Shown: positions 20,003-30,771 of the stretch, piece by piece | How positions within the stretch are numbered: position 1 is the stretch's first letter | Layout of the letters: every line of letters starts with the position of its first letter | Assembly (NCBI GenBank): GCA_963733195.1 | Contig: CAVTCR010000026.1 | Span: forward strand, 1-64,000 | Source of the DNA: an uncultured delta proteobacterium | GTDB lineage: Bacteria > Desulfobacterota > Binatia > Bin18 | Length of the DNA: 64,000 bases | Direction of reading: 5' to 3' | The notes under the pieces: generated by a model | The model's database searches: none | What the model was told of the DNA's origin: nothing | The model's input: only the letters and a program-made list of their open reading frames with translations | Position numbers and translations under genes: made by a program

Positions 20003-20359
20003 CTATTGCTGCTCGAGCTCCATGATCGGCCGCACTTCGATGCTTCCTAAGTGGGCCGACGGGATGTTTGAGGCCACCCGGATAGCGTCGTTCAGATCCC
20101 TAGCGTTGATAAGGATGAACCCGCCCAACTGCTCCTTGGTCTCGGCGAAGGGACCGTCAGTTGTAGACACCTTGCCGTTCCTGACCCGTACGGTCACGGC
20201 CGTCTGAACCGGTTGGAGGGCCTCCCCGACAAGGAAGTGGCCGCTCTGCCGGAGCCGTTCGTCGTAGGCCAAATGCTCGGCCACGAGGGCGTCCCACTCA
20301 CTCTTGGACATGGCGTCCAGCTTCTTTTCCTCATTGAAAACTAAGCATAAGTATTTCAT
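20003..20359 (-). CDS. YCII/DGPF-family protein
   Basis: TDGPFAETKEQLGGF, GSIEVRP. Confidence 0.95.
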   Translation of the reverse strand: MKYLCLVFNEEKKLDAMSKSEWDALVAEHLAYDERLRQSGHFLVGEALQPVQTAVTVRVRNGKVSTTDGPFAETKEQLGGFILINARDLNDAIRVASNIPSAHLGSIEVRPIMELEQQ

Positions 20360-20405
20360 TGCTAAACACCTCCGATTCGTTTTGGGAAGGCTGTTGACAC
20401 CAGAT

Positions 20406-20433
20406 AGTCGTTCGGGGAAGGCCAAAATCGACA
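20406..20433 (-). promoter_or_regulatory. ECF42-type autoregulated promoter
   Basis: Minus strand reads TGTCGA-N17-CGAC upstream of the DGPF gene. Confidence 0.6.
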
Positions 20434-20577
20434 ACCGGCCTACTGGTGTGGGTAGTCGCGCACTTTCTCGTGCGTACTTCATTTACTGCTTACTACATAC
20501 TACAAACACAACCAGAGGTAGAGAATCCCCACGACAACGTGAGACGGTGAGGAAGACACCGTCAAAAGGAGGAAGGT

Positions 20578-21006
20578 ATGCAAATCCCAGAAACTATTCG
20601 GGCACTTATCGCCACCGGACCGCAGGCGCATTTGACGACGTTGAATCCCAACAGCAGTCCGCAGGTGACACTGGTGTGGGTCGGTATTGAGAACGAGGAG
20701 TTTGTCATCGGTCACATGGGGGTATGGCAGAAGGTCAAGAATATGCGCCGTAATCCACGCGTGGCATTGTCGATGCTTGGTCCCGGTAAGAATCCGATGG
20801 GGTTGCAGGAGTACTTGGTGATCTACGGCAATGCCCGGATTACCGAAGGTGGCGCGGCGGATTTACTCCAGCGGTTGGCACGTCTCTATATTGCTCCAGA
20901 CGCAGAGTTTCCGCCCAAGGAATATCGCAACAATCCGGGGTACATTACCCGCATTACACCAACCCGCTTCGCCGGCGTTGGACCGTGGAATTCATCGCAG
21001 AAGTAA
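20578..21006 (+). CDS. PPOX-class F420-dependent oxidoreductase
   Basis: LTTLNPNSSPQVTLVW, KVKNMRRNPRVALS. Confidence 0.9.
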   Translation: MQIPETIRALIATGPQAHLTTLNPNSSPQVTLVWVGIENEEFVIGHMGVWQKVKNMRRNPRVALSMLGPGKNPMGLQEYLVIYGNARITEGGAADLLQRLARLYIAPDAEFPPKEYRNNPGYITRITPTRFAGVGPWNSSQK

Positions 21007-21018
21007 GGAAGGATGACT

Positions 21019-21108
21019 ATGGATCTCACAAAACTCGGCGTGTTCTGCAGCGAGCAGGGCACCGCCGTGCCGGACGAACGAGTACTGGAAGTGCTAGCGC
21101 CACGGTAA
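21019..21108 (+). pseudogene. 29-codon remnant of an LLM oxidoreductase (N- and C-termini fused in frame)
   Basis: MDLTKLGVFC joined to VPDERVLEVLAPR*, with RBS AAGGA. Confidence 0.5.
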
Positions 21109-21193
21109 ACAGGAAGTGAGGTGCTCAAGGCTATGAACACAAATCTCTCTTCTGATGGCGCTAACTCGCTATGGATTTCTAAAAGGAGAGCAT

Positions 21194-21595
21194 ATGGCTG
21201 ATGTACATGAGATTCCTCCATTCCCCAATCCTGGCGTTCGGCTCATCAAAGAAGATGAGCATGTCGCCATTTGGGAAGAAGTCTTTGAACCCGGGACGCC
21301 CACCCCGCCGCACCGGCATACCCGCGACTACATTGCCATCTTCCCGCACGCCGGAGAGTTGACCATCGCGCCGCTGGCGGGCGAAGCAGAGGAGTACACC
21401 TTTATCACCGGGGAGGTACAGACGTTGCCCACGGAAAAAGGCAGGATACGCGTGAGTTTTAGTGCAGGGACCATGGTCCATTCACGGGTGCCAGCAGAGG
21501 GGACGGGCCACTTCGCCGTGAACGAAGGACAGCGAGCGGCCCCCATGATTCTGATTGAAATTAAGGGAACAGCGACAGAAAAGAAAGCGAAATAA
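21194..21595 (+). CDS. Cupin-domain protein
   Basis: PGTPTPPHRHTRDY, GHFAVNEG, LIEIK. Confidence 0.8.
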   Translation: MADVHEIPPFPNPGVRLIKEDEHVAIWEEVFEPGTPTPPHRHTRDYIAIFPHAGELTIAPLAGEAEEYTFITGEVQTLPTEKGRIRVSFSAGTMVHSRVPAEGTGHFAVNEGQRAAPMILIEIKGTATEKKAK

Positions 21596-21640
21596 CACCC
21601 TGCTCGTGGAAAAACTCAATCAATATTGGGGGATAACATC

Positions 21641-23008
21641 ATGAGTATGCAAGCAATCAATCCAGCAACTGGAGCGACGATCAAGACGTATACTGAGATG
21701 ACGCCAGCGGAAGTGGTGCGCGCCATTGCAGATGCGCACGACGCCTCGCGGTCGTGGAAGAAGGTCCCGTTTGGCGAACGCGCACGATTGATGAAACGTG
21801 CGGGCGCGGTGTTACGCGAGCGGGCCAACGAGTACGCCGTGCTGATGGCTCAAGAAATGGGTAAACCAATTCGTGACGGCCGTGCTGAAGCGGAAAAATG
21901 TGCGTGGGCGTGCGACTATTATGCCGAGAACACCGAAGCCTTCTTTGCGCCGGAGGTGATTGCGACCGACGCGCGCAAGAGTTTTGTCACCTTTCAACCG
22001 TTGGGTGTGGTTCTGGCGGTGATGCCCTGGAATTTCCCCTTCTGGCAAGTGTTCCGTTTTGCCGCACCAGCGCTGATGGCTGGTAACGCTGGGGTGCTAA
22101 AACATGCCTCTAACGTTCCAGGCTGTGCGTTAGCGATCGAAAGCGTCTTCCAGCAAGCCGGGTTTCCTGCTCATCTCTTTCGTACCCTCTTGATCGGTAG
22201 CAAGCAAGTTGATGCGGTGATCGAGAACCCGCTAGTCATGGCGGTAACACTCACTGGGAGTACCCCAGCCGGTAAAGCCGTGGCGAAGAAAGCTGGTGAT
22301 ATGCTCAAGAAGACAGTCCTCGAACTCGGCGGTAGTGATGCGTATGTCGTGTTAGAGGATGCCGATCTCGAAGCCACGGTAAAAACCTGTGTCGCTAGCC
22401 GTCTTATCAACGCCGGCCAGAGTTGTATTGCCGCTAAACGGTTTATCGTGGTGGAGTCTCTGCGCCGTCGCTTTGAAGAAGGTTTTGTCGCCCATATGCG
22501 CGAGACGATCATGGGTGACCCGTTAGAGGAGAAGACCCAGATGGGGCCGATGGCGCGTCACGACCTGCGCGATGAACTACATGGGCAGGTACAAACGAGT
22601 ATCGACAAAGGCGCGAAATGTCTCTTAGGCGGAGTTATTCCTGAAAACCCTGGAGCGTTTTATCCGCCGACGGTACTGACCGAGGTCAAGAAGGGGATGC
22701 CTGCTTATGACGACGAATTGTTCGGCCCGGTCGCGGCAATCATCTCAGCCAAAGATGAAGCGGACGCGATTCGCGTTGCCAACGATTCGGTCTTCGGTCT
22801 CGGAGCGGCAGTCTTTACGCAAGACCTCGCCAAAGGCGAGCGCATCGCCGCTACCGAACTGGAAGCAGGCTGTTGTTTTGTCAATTCCTTCGTCAAGTCA
22901 GATCCACGTTTGCCCTTTGGCGGGATCAAGGAAAGCGGCTACGGGCGTGAGCTATCGCACTATGGCATCAAGGAATTTGTCAACATCAAGACGGTTTTTG
23001 TGAAATAG
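21641..23008 (+). CDS. NAD(P)-dependent succinate-semialdehyde dehydrogenase-like ALDH
   Basis: MPWNFPFWQ, LELGGSD, NAGQSCIA, PFGGIKESGYGRE. Confidence 0.92.
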   Translation: MSMQAINPATGATIKTYTEMTPAEVVRAIADAHDASRSWKKVPFGERARLMKRAGAVLRERANEYAVLMAQEMGKPIRDGRAEAEKCAWACDYYAENTEAFFAPEVIATDARKSFVTFQPLGVVLAVMPWNFPFWQVFRFAAPALMAGNAGVLKHASNVPGCALAIESVFQQAGFPAHLFRTLLIGSKQVDAVIENPLVMAVTLTGSTPAGKAVAKKAGDMLKKTVLELGGSDAYVVLEDADLEATVKTCVASRLINAGQSCIAAKRFIVVESLRRRFEEGFVAHMRETIMGDPLEEKTQMGPMARHDLRDELHGQVQTSIDKGAKCLLGGVIPENPGAFYPPTVLTEVKKGMPAYDDELFGPVAAIISAKDEADAIRVANDSVFGLGAAVFTQDLAKGERIAATELEAGCCFVNSFVKSDPRLPFGGIKESGYGRELSHYGIKEFVNIKTVFVK

Positions 23009-23189
23009 ACAGGATTCGAGGCATTTGCAATGAAAAGATTCGGTTGGAGTGGGGTCGTGACCTGCTGCGGTGTCATTTTTTGCACATGTCGCTCCTGACT
23101 TCTCCGCATTCTCGTATCGTGTGAGAGTATAGCTACAGTCACTGAAGGTGCGCTGCTCGTCGAGCGGAACAGAGAGTCAACCTAGGGCA

Positions 23190-24269
23190 TTAGTATTGTA
23201 ACGGGGCAGCCTCGCTCCACGACAACGGTTCTTCGCGCAGATCGAGATGTACCTCTCTCCAAGTGACACGGACCTGCTCCGCGCTCCCTTCCGCCAGCAG
23301 CTCGAACATACCTTGGTTGAGTTCCTCTTTGGGACGGGTCAACAATTGCAGGAACGCTTGGGCTGCCTCATGTGTCTCCAGCATACGCGGCTGCCAGCGA
23401 CCAAATACTTTGGGGTTGCTGGCATATTCATCTGTCATGCTGGTGCGCACGAACGGTAGCAGGATCGAGGCAGCAGTGACGAATTGTGCCTGGCGGCCGA
23501 GATTGATGGCTAGCACCTTGGGTAATTGCAGCACGGCCCAGTTGCTCATCGCATAGCCGGGTACCGAGACTCCAGGGTCAATCGCCTGGCGCGAGGAGAC
23601 ATAGATGAGTTGTAAGGGGGTTTGGTGGTACACGGCTTCACCGGCCCATAAATGGGTGGAGGCGAGAAAGCCGTCAATTTTTGTGTCCAGCACTAATCGT
23701 GATTCTTCCAGGTTGTCGATAAAATGCTGGCGCACCCGTGCCCGCCGCATCGCCAGAGGTTCGTCCTCGATTTCACGCAACGCTTTGCCGAATGAATATC
23801 CCTTCTCCGTCAGTCCGGAATTGCAGATGATCAGGTTCGGCGGTTGTCCTCCCATTTGCTCGATCACGTAGCTGCGCGTGGCCCAGAGATCGCCCATATT
23901 GGTTACATCGGCTTGCACAGGGAACGCGTTGACCCCTACATCACGCAGCGCATGCACCAAGTCGAAACCATCAATATAGCTGCGATGGAAATGCACACCG
24001 ACCACCGCCGCACCGTTTAGTCCTGCGGCTAAAGCGAACGCCTGCCCAAGACCGCAGTCCTTTCCGGCGCCGGTAATCAACACCCGTTTGCCGGCGACGC
24101 TCTGCCGCAGCTCCTCGCCGAAGCGAAATTTCTCCAGTTGTACGGAAAACGCCATACTAGCTCCCTCACAAATAGGATGTTCATCCTGTCCCCAAACCCC
24201 AGGTTTCGTATTATATCGTGGTTCTGTCTTGCCGCTAGCCGCTAGTGGTGCGTGTTGGTCATGGGACAT
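23190..24269 (-). CDS. Atypical SDR-family oxidoreductase
   Basis: VLITGAGKDCGLG, QADV, CNSG; YAMSN where YxxxK is expected. Confidence 0.7.
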   Translation of the reverse strand: MSHDQHAPLAASGKTEPRYNTKPGVWGQDEHPICEGASMAFSVQLEKFRFGEELRQSVAGKRVLITGAGKDCGLGQAFALAAGLNGAAVVGVHFHRSYIDGFDLVHALRDVGVNAFPVQADVTNMGDLWATRSYVIEQMGGQPPNLIICNSGLTEKGYSFGKALREIEDEPLAMRRARVRQHFIDNLEESRLVLDTKIDGFLASTHLWAGEAVYHQTPLQLIYVSSRQAIDPGVSVPGYAMSNWAVLQLPKVLAINLGRQAQFVTAASILLPFVRTSMTDEYASNPKVFGRWQPRMLETHEAAQAFLQLLTRPKEELNQGMFELLAEGSAEQVRVTWREVHLDLREEPLSWSEAAPLQY

Positions 24270-24290
24270 AAGGAGAGGCAGCGAAGTCAG

Positions 24291-25133
24291 CTATACCTTG
24301 GGGATGAACGTGGCGTATTGGTCAAGCAACGGCAAGACTGTCTCTCGTTCCGCTGGTGGCACGAAGAACATCGCCCGTTCCGCTCCTAATTCTCGGCATT
24401 GCTGCAGCATCGCTTCATTGCCCTGCACCCCGAGGATGGAGATGGAGATCTCTTCTGGTCGGCGACCTGCTTGAGCGGCGCGGCTCCGTAGGTCTCGCAC
24501 CATGGCGGGTATCTTCTGAAAGTATCGTGCGTTAGGAAGCCAGCCATTACAGTACTGTACCACCCGCGCCAGGCCTTGGTCGGTATTGGATCCCAATAAG
24601 ATTGGGGGATGGGGTTTCTGCAACGGCTTCGGGTCGCACCAGATGGGATCAAAGTTCACGAACTCCCCGTGATACTCAGCCGCGTTCTGGGTCCAAATGG
24701 CTTTCATTGCCTCGATCCGCTCCCGCAAAATTTTCCATCGTTTCTTGAACGGAGTCCCGTGGTTCTCCATCTCTTCGACATTCCACCCACCTCCAATACC
24801 AAAGATCAAGCGCCCATTTGATAACTGATCGACCGACGCTACCTCCTTGGCCATCGTAATGGGATCACGTTCCATCGCCAGACAGATGCCGCTGCCAATC
24901 TTGATGGTCTTTGTCGCTGCGGCAGCGGCCATGAGCGATACAAAGAGATCGTGCGTGTGCGAATACTCTTTGGGCAGTTCTGTGCCCCCCGGAAATGGGG
25001 TCCGGCGACTGGCAGGGATATGAGTATGTTCAGGGAACCAGACCGATTCAAAGCCGCGTTCCTCACACGCCCGTGCCAGCTCGTCTGGTCGGATCGCATA
25101 CCCGGTGGCAAACATTTCTATACCCAGTTTCAT
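24291..25133 (-). CDS. LLM-class F420-dependent oxidoreductase
   Basis: GFESVWFPEHTHIP, GIGGGWNVEEM, PKPLQKPHPP. Confidence 0.92.
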   Translation of the reverse strand: MKLGIEMFATGYAIRPDELARACEERGFESVWFPEHTHIPASRRTPFPGGTELPKEYSHTHDLFVSLMAAAAATKTIKIGSGICLAMERDPITMAKEVASVDQLSNGRLIFGIGGGWNVEEMENHGTPFKKRWKILRERIEAMKAIWTQNAAEYHGEFVNFDPIWCDPKPLQKPHPPILLGSNTDQGLARVVQYCNGWLPNARYFQKIPAMVRDLRSRAAQAGRRPEEISISILGVQGNEAMLQQCRELGAERAMFFVPPAERETVLPLLDQYATFIPKV

Positions 25134-25522
25134 AGAGTCCTCCTTATTTCTGCTTGTTGGTGTCTTTGCCATAGATCACTGCGCCCACCGGTGTCAAGAA
25201 ACGATCCTCAAGTGAACGAAGCTGCGTTGAGGACGACAGAGGTGTGATAGGGATAGGTGGCTGCAATCGCTTCCTATCGCCAAAACAGTGCACTCTATCC
25301 GATGATTAAGCACCTGTAGCAGGTGCTGGGGTTCCAGCAGGCCGACGAAAACAAATTGAACCCTACCAAAGAATTTCCTTGTTTTGGAGGATGAGTCAAA
25401 AGCCATAACCCTTTCACTGCTTGAGGCTTTGGCAGCAAAGATGATACCGTCCTGAATATTTGCATCGATAAAAAGCTTCTTCGTAGTTGCGGATAAGATT
25501 GCGAAATTCGTAAGAGCCGATC

Positions 25523-26740
25523 GTGACTAAGGAACATCATCCTCTTCACCGTCATCCACTGCGTACGCTTTTTACCAACACCGGCGCGCGGAGTCGGCGT
25601 GCATCGTCGTGGGATCGACGTGGCGGCAACCGTGACTTCTTTGTCGTTCGTCCGGGCGAGACCGCCACTCTGTTGGAGCATAACGGTCCGGGATGTATTA
25701 CGCACTTCTATTGCGCCCTCGCTTTTCCAGAACTGACAGACTATCGCGACGCGATCCTCCGCTGCTATTGGGACGGTGAGACGACCCCTTCCGTCGAAAT
25801 GCCTCTGGGTGATTTCTTTACGCTCGCACATGCGCGTGTCCGGCTGGTGCGCAGCGCACTGACTGCCGTTAACCCAGGCTTTGGCTCATCCCACGGGTTA
25901 CATGCCTACTTCCCGATGCCGTTCGCCACTAGTGCACGTATCACTCTTGAACATCGTGGCGAGCAGCCATTAGGTGGAGCGCTCCCTGCGCTTTGGTATC
26001 ACATCGACTATGAGACCTACGACCAACCGTTGCCTGACGACACGTTACGTTTCCATGCACAGTGGCGGCAGGAGAAGCCGACCGTAGCGATCGGATCGCA
26101 TCCAAACGTGCAGTTACATAGGGGAGTGAACCTCGATGGCGCGCACAATTATGTCGCGCTCGATGCCGTTGGTGCTGGCCAGATGGTCGGACTGCTACTC
26201 GAGATCAATAACGTCGCTGGCGGATGGTACGGGGAAGGGGATGACATGGTCTTTGTTGATGGCGAGTCCTGGCCTCCTTCGATCCACGGCACGGGCACGG
26301 AAGAGATCTTTGGTGGCGGAGCCTGTCCCGATCGTGAGTACACTGGTCCATATCATGGATTCCACCTCATCGAGTCACCGGACTATAGCGGTCTCATCGG
26401 GGCGTATCGCTGGTTCGTCCACGATCCTATCCGTTTCACGCGGGCTTTACGCTGGACCGTTGAGCACGGCCATGCCAATAACTTCACTAACGAGTACGCG
26501 TCGGTAGCGTACTGGTATCAGACCGAGCCTCACGCGCCTTTTCCTCTGCTGCCTGCACGTGATGCCTTACGACCGCCACTGCCAGCAATCTACGAGGAAG
26601 CACGAGCCGCGTTCTTTACGGCTGCGCGCGAGGCGTTGAAGACGCTACCGAGCCCTGAAGTGTACCGCATCGCCAGCATTGGCGAGCTTTTCTACGCTGG
26701 CCGGTTCGAGGAGACTCTACAACGTCTACGTGCTGGCTGA
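25523..26740 (+). CDS. DUF2961 / GH172-family protein
   Basis: GPGCITH, YWDGETTPSVE, WYGEGDDM, GTGTEEIF, EHGHAN, YWYQ. Confidence 0.9.
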   Translation: MTKEHHPLHRHPLRTLFTNTGARSRRASSWDRRGGNRDFFVVRPGETATLLEHNGPGCITHFYCALAFPELTDYRDAILRCYWDGETTPSVEMPLGDFFTLAHARVRLVRSALTAVNPGFGSSHGLHAYFPMPFATSARITLEHRGEQPLGGALPALWYHIDYETYDQPLPDDTLRFHAQWRQEKPTVAIGSHPNVQLHRGVNLDGAHNYVALDAVGAGQMVGLLLEINNVAGGWYGEGDDMVFVDGESWPPSIHGTGTEEIFGGGACPDREYTGPYHGFHLIESPDYSGLIGAYRWFVHDPIRFTRALRWTVEHGHANNFTNEYASVAYWYQTEPHAPFPLLPARDALRPPLPAIYEEARAAFFTAAREALKTLPSPEVYRIASIGELFYAGRFEETLQRLRAG

Positions 26741-26856
26741 GATGTGGTACGTCGATCGCTTGCTTGTCTCTTCAGCTCTAATTTCAAAAGAGAATCACTA
26801 CGTGTGCCCATCTCTTCTTTCAAGTACAAGATACGAATGACGAGAGGGAAGCGCTT

Positions 26857-27111
26857 TTACCGATAAACCTCTTTGCGATGTGCAATGGAAAATACCTCGA
26901 CCACTTTTCCTCTCTCCTCCACGGTGTAAAGAATTCGATAGTCGCCAACGCGGATTCGGTATCCTTCTCGCCCACGCAACTTCTTCGCCCCTGGCGGACG
27001 AGGATCGTGCTTCAGTGCGAGGAGACGATCAATGAGTCGGTCGTGCAGGGGAGAGGGAAAACGTTCAAGCTCTTTCTCGGCTGATCGTTTGAGAGTGACG
27101 ACGTAGGCCAT
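26857..27111 (-). CDS. relE: RelE/ParE toxin
   Basis: PRPPGAKKL, YRIRVGDYRILY, HRKEVYR. Confidence 0.92.
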   Translation of the reverse strand: MAYVVTLKRSAEKELERFPSPLHDRLIDRLLALKHDPRPPGAKKLRGREGYRIRVGDYRILYTVEERGKVVEVFSIAHRKEVYR

Positions 27112-27113
27112 TC

Positions 27114-27320
27114 TCAGTTCTTTTTCTTCCTGGCTGTGAGGTACTCGTCTAAAGAGCGCGAGGGTTCTCGTTGTCGTTCTTCAAGAATAGCGACATCTAT
27201 GAGATCCTCTCGGAAATTTTTTTCTTTCAAGAATCTGGCTACCACGGCATCTCTTTCTTTTTTTGACAACGCTTGAAAGGCCGTCCAGAATACCTCTGCT
27301 GTTGCTTCTATAGTCGTCAT
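27114..27320 (-). CDS. Antitoxin paired with RelE
   Basis: Small ORF ending 2 nt upstream of relE. Confidence 0.75.
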   Translation of the reverse strand: MTTIEATAEVFWTAFQALSKKERDAVVARFLKEKNFREDLIDVAILEERQREPSRSLDEYLTARKKKN

Positions 27321-28311
27321 AAGTGCCTCGCTCTCTGTGCAGGTAAGTCCCTACTATATCGTCTCTACTCTCAGAGCACCAAATTCTCCATTTTGCGGTA
27401 GGATTTTGATCGAAACTCGGAACGAGGGAGACCCCTAAGCCAGCTCATCCAATAGCGCCTTGGCCTCTTGCAAATCTTTCGTATCAAACCCTTCGGTGAA
27501 CCAGTTGTAGATCTCCGCTAACATGCTGGTGCGCTTCAGTCTGTCTTGCCTTGCTGTTGCCACAAGCGAGCGAGGCTTGTTGAAGCGCGCAGCTCCCAGG
27601 ATTTAGCTTGCTGCTGGCGGGCAATATCGATGGCTTTGAGAAAGCATGCTTCGGCTTCGGACTGGGGCTCTAGGATGCGGGATTTCAGCATTTGGAACTT
27701 TTGCACTTTTGATTTGCCTCTTGAAGCGTCAGCGTCCCCTTGATCCGATACAACTCCGCCTCGTAGAAACGCTCCCCAGTTTCATCCACCAGAGCCAGCG
27801 CCTCGGCCAGCGCAGTTAACCCTTCCTCGACCTGTCCTGTTTTTCCATACACCTCGGCTAGTAAGGCGAGATAGTACGGTCGGTATAGTGCCATCCCTGT
27901 AGCCTGAGCTGGCGGTTAGGCCTTGTTGTATCTGTTGGATACCTTCCTCTTGCTGCCCTTGCTCGGCTAGCGTCCAGCCTCGCAGGCCAGTTCCTAACGC
28001 CAGCCAGACCGGAAACTCCTGCTCAGTAGAGAGAGTTATAGCTGCCTCTGCTTGTTCCTGGGTCAGTTCGCTCCTCTCGGAGGTACTGGTAGAGCTCAGC
28101 AGCAAAGTACAGGGCAAAAGCTAGGCTGTGAGGGTGAGAGAGCTGTTGAGCCAAACTGAGAGCCTCACCGCTCTCTGAGAGCCTGGTCTGGATAGCCAAG
28201 GTACCACAAGGCCCTCGCTACGTATGATAGAGCACACCATTCCGGGGTCCTGTGCATAAAGAAAAGCATGAGAGTGGTGCTGTTGGAAGTCATAGAGGGT
28301 AATTCCCTGCT

Positions 28312-29692
28312 TGAGTGGATCGCTTCACAAGTGTCTCCCCAGCTAAACCGTTAGTGGCCGCCCTGTATAAGTCCACTTGAATGGTTTCGCGAGTGTCGCA
28401 TTGAAGTATGCGATGAACTCCAGAATTCTGGCGCAGTTCGGCCGTTGATTTGCATGATGCGCGTTTGAGTAAACGACGCACCAGAATGCTGAACCACATT
28501 TCGATCTGATTGAGCCACGAGCAATGCTTGGGCGTGTAGACAAACCGGAGGCGATGTTCCGTGCAGAAAAGAAACTCGGCGCGAGTGGGCATGGATTTCA
28601 GGATGCCGGCTTTGCCTTTCTCCCCCAGATCGCCCGTCTCACCGATGGTGTTCGCAACCCATTGGACCAGCGATTCCGATTGATGGGTGTTGAGTTGATC
28701 GGTGATGAAGATCCATCGATCATCCGGAGCGGTCGCGACTGTCCGTGCAATATGGGCAACGAAGTCTTGTTCCGTGCGCGTCGCACCAAGGCTGGGAGCG
28801 AGCTGTTTTCCGGTCGCCACCTCGAAATTGGCAGTCAGGCATTGCGTGCCGTGACGAACGTATTCGTATTCCTGCCGTTCGGTCTTGCCCGCTTGGCCGG
28901 CGACGCCCGGGTGCATCGGCTTTGTGGGCGCGGCGCGTTCAAGTGCTTGAATCCCAGTCTTTTCGTCTGTGCTCACGAGATGAACGCCTTGGGCATGCAG
29001 AGCGGCAGCCTGGTGGAAAAGCTCGCACACTGTTTTGACTTGCTCGCGAAACTCTTCCGTGTTTCGGTCCGGTGCGTTGAGCCAGTACTCAATCCGATGC
29101 GGTTTGAGATCGGCCTGATTTTAAAAAACGCTCGACACTTGACGGGGAGATGCTTGCGACGAGTTTGCGTTTGATAACCTCGTCGGCCAACTCCGCTGGC
29201 GTCCAGTGACTGATGGGGCGCTCGCTCTTGGCCGGTTCTTCGCACGCGACCGCGATGATCTGCACGATCTGCTCAGCCGTGAAGGTCGGTGGCGTTCCAC
29301 TCCGCGGCAGATCACTCAAGCCAGTCAGGACCAAGGCACGCAAATCTTCGTCGCTGATCTCGGCGGCTTCGGCGCTTGTCAGTTTCGGGCTCACCTCGAT
29401 CCAGCGTGCGCGCCAATAACGAACGGTTCCGCGATCCAGATTTTGCGTGCGCACCAATTCGTGATTGCCGGCTCCATCGGACATCGCCAGAATCAACGAG
29501 GCGCGAACAACCAACCGGTATTCCGTGCTGCGTTGCCGAGCCATTTCTTCAATATCTTCCGAACTCTTGCGGTGAGTTCGATCTTCGGAGCGGCTCTATA
29601 CGGCATCTGTTACTCCTGATAGAGGGATAACTTCCTGCCGCAATTTTATCACCCTTCAATATTGGGTGGAGAATTTTTAGAAGGCTCCACTA
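28312..29692 (-). mobile_element. IS630-family element (OrfA 29089-29544, OrfB about 28343-29110) with a probable -1 frameshift
   Basis: HTH OrfA; DDE motifs STDEKTG, DQLNTH, SWLNQIE. Slippery TTTTTTAAAA at 29119-29128. Inserted at CTAG; imperfect terminal IRs starting AGTGGA. Confidence 0.9.
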
Positions 29693-30549
29693 GGTGGGCT
29701 CTGGCAGAGACCAACTCTCCAAGCCAGAATAAGGTGACCCCTACCACCCGGTGGGCCCCTAGAAGGAGCGCTGGATCTTGCAAGCTCTGAGCCACAGTGA
29801 AGAGCTGCTCCGCTAATTCGTGTGCCGTCCGTATCTCTCCCCGTATCAGAAAAAAAATCCACAGTCCCCACAGCCCAGGGAAGAGTTGAGGTGTCTCTCC
29901 CACCTGCTGGCACAGCTCCCGAGCCCGGGTGTAGAGTGCTCCCACTTCTGGAGCCGCAAAGCCCCGGATATGCATCAACGCTGGACCCAGCGTGAGGTGC
30001 AGCCTGAGTTCGTGCTGTACGCGCTCGGGCGTGTTGGGCAGAGCCTTGAGGAACTCAAGGGCAGTCGTGAGGTGAGTGATCGCCTCCATGTTCGCCGACC
30101 GCTGTACCGCCTGTTGCCCGGCCAGTCCGAGATATTCCACGGCCTTCTGCGGTGTTGCCACTGCGACTGTAATGATGAGCCAGGTCGCTGTAGTGCTCAT
30201 GGAGTGTCGCGGCGTACAGCGCTTCCATTGCCTGGCCTGTGCGTTCGTGCAAGACTTTCCGTTGCTCTTGCAACACCGTGCCGTAGGCGACTTCTTGGGT
30301 CAGCGCATGCTTGAAGATATACTCCACTTCTGGAAATGCCGGCTGTTCGTAGAGAAACTCTTTGTGCTGTAACGAGGCCAGTAGGCGATAGAGGTCGTCT
30401 TCGGGTTGGGCGATGACCTGGCGGATCAGGCTCATCGGGAATTGCCGCCCAATGACCGCGAGCTGTTGCAGCAGGGCTTTCTCGTCTGGGGCGAGGCGAT
30501 CGATGCGCGCCGCCAGCACGCCTTGCACGGTCGGAGGAAGATGGAGATC

Positions 30550-30603
30550 TGTAGGGTAGGCTTGCCTTGCCCACGAGGGCGAAAGCTTCGCCCCTACCCT
30601 ACA
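30550..30603. repeat. GTAG-type REP pair inside the cyclase CDS
   Basis: GTAGGGTAGGCTTGCCTTGCCC ... GGGCGAAAGCTTCGCCCCTAC. Confidence 0.65.
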
Positions 30604-30708
30604 CCAGAATCGCGGACCAGCACGCCTTGCTCAAACAGCTCTTGCACCACCTCTTCCATGAAAAACGGCGTGCCTTCGGTCTTCTCCAAAATCAACTGCT
30701 TGAGGTGT

Positions 30709-30771
30709 TGTAGAGACGCACCGATGTGTGCGCCCGATCCTTGTGGGCCGACACGTAGGTCGGCCCCTACA
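30709..30771. repeat. GTAG-type REP pair in frame within the cyclase CDS
   Basis: GTAGAGACGCACCGATGTGTGCGCCC ... GGGCCGACACGTAGGTCGGCCCCTAC, translated as VGADLRVGPQGSGAHIGASLQ. Confidence 0.8.

Noticed and set aside
25255-25360. In-frame TAG in QNSALYPMIKHL*QVLGF as pyrrolysine
   Set aside because: This is a short isolated remnant of a cyclase-ATPase paralogue; CAG-to-TAG decay is simpler.
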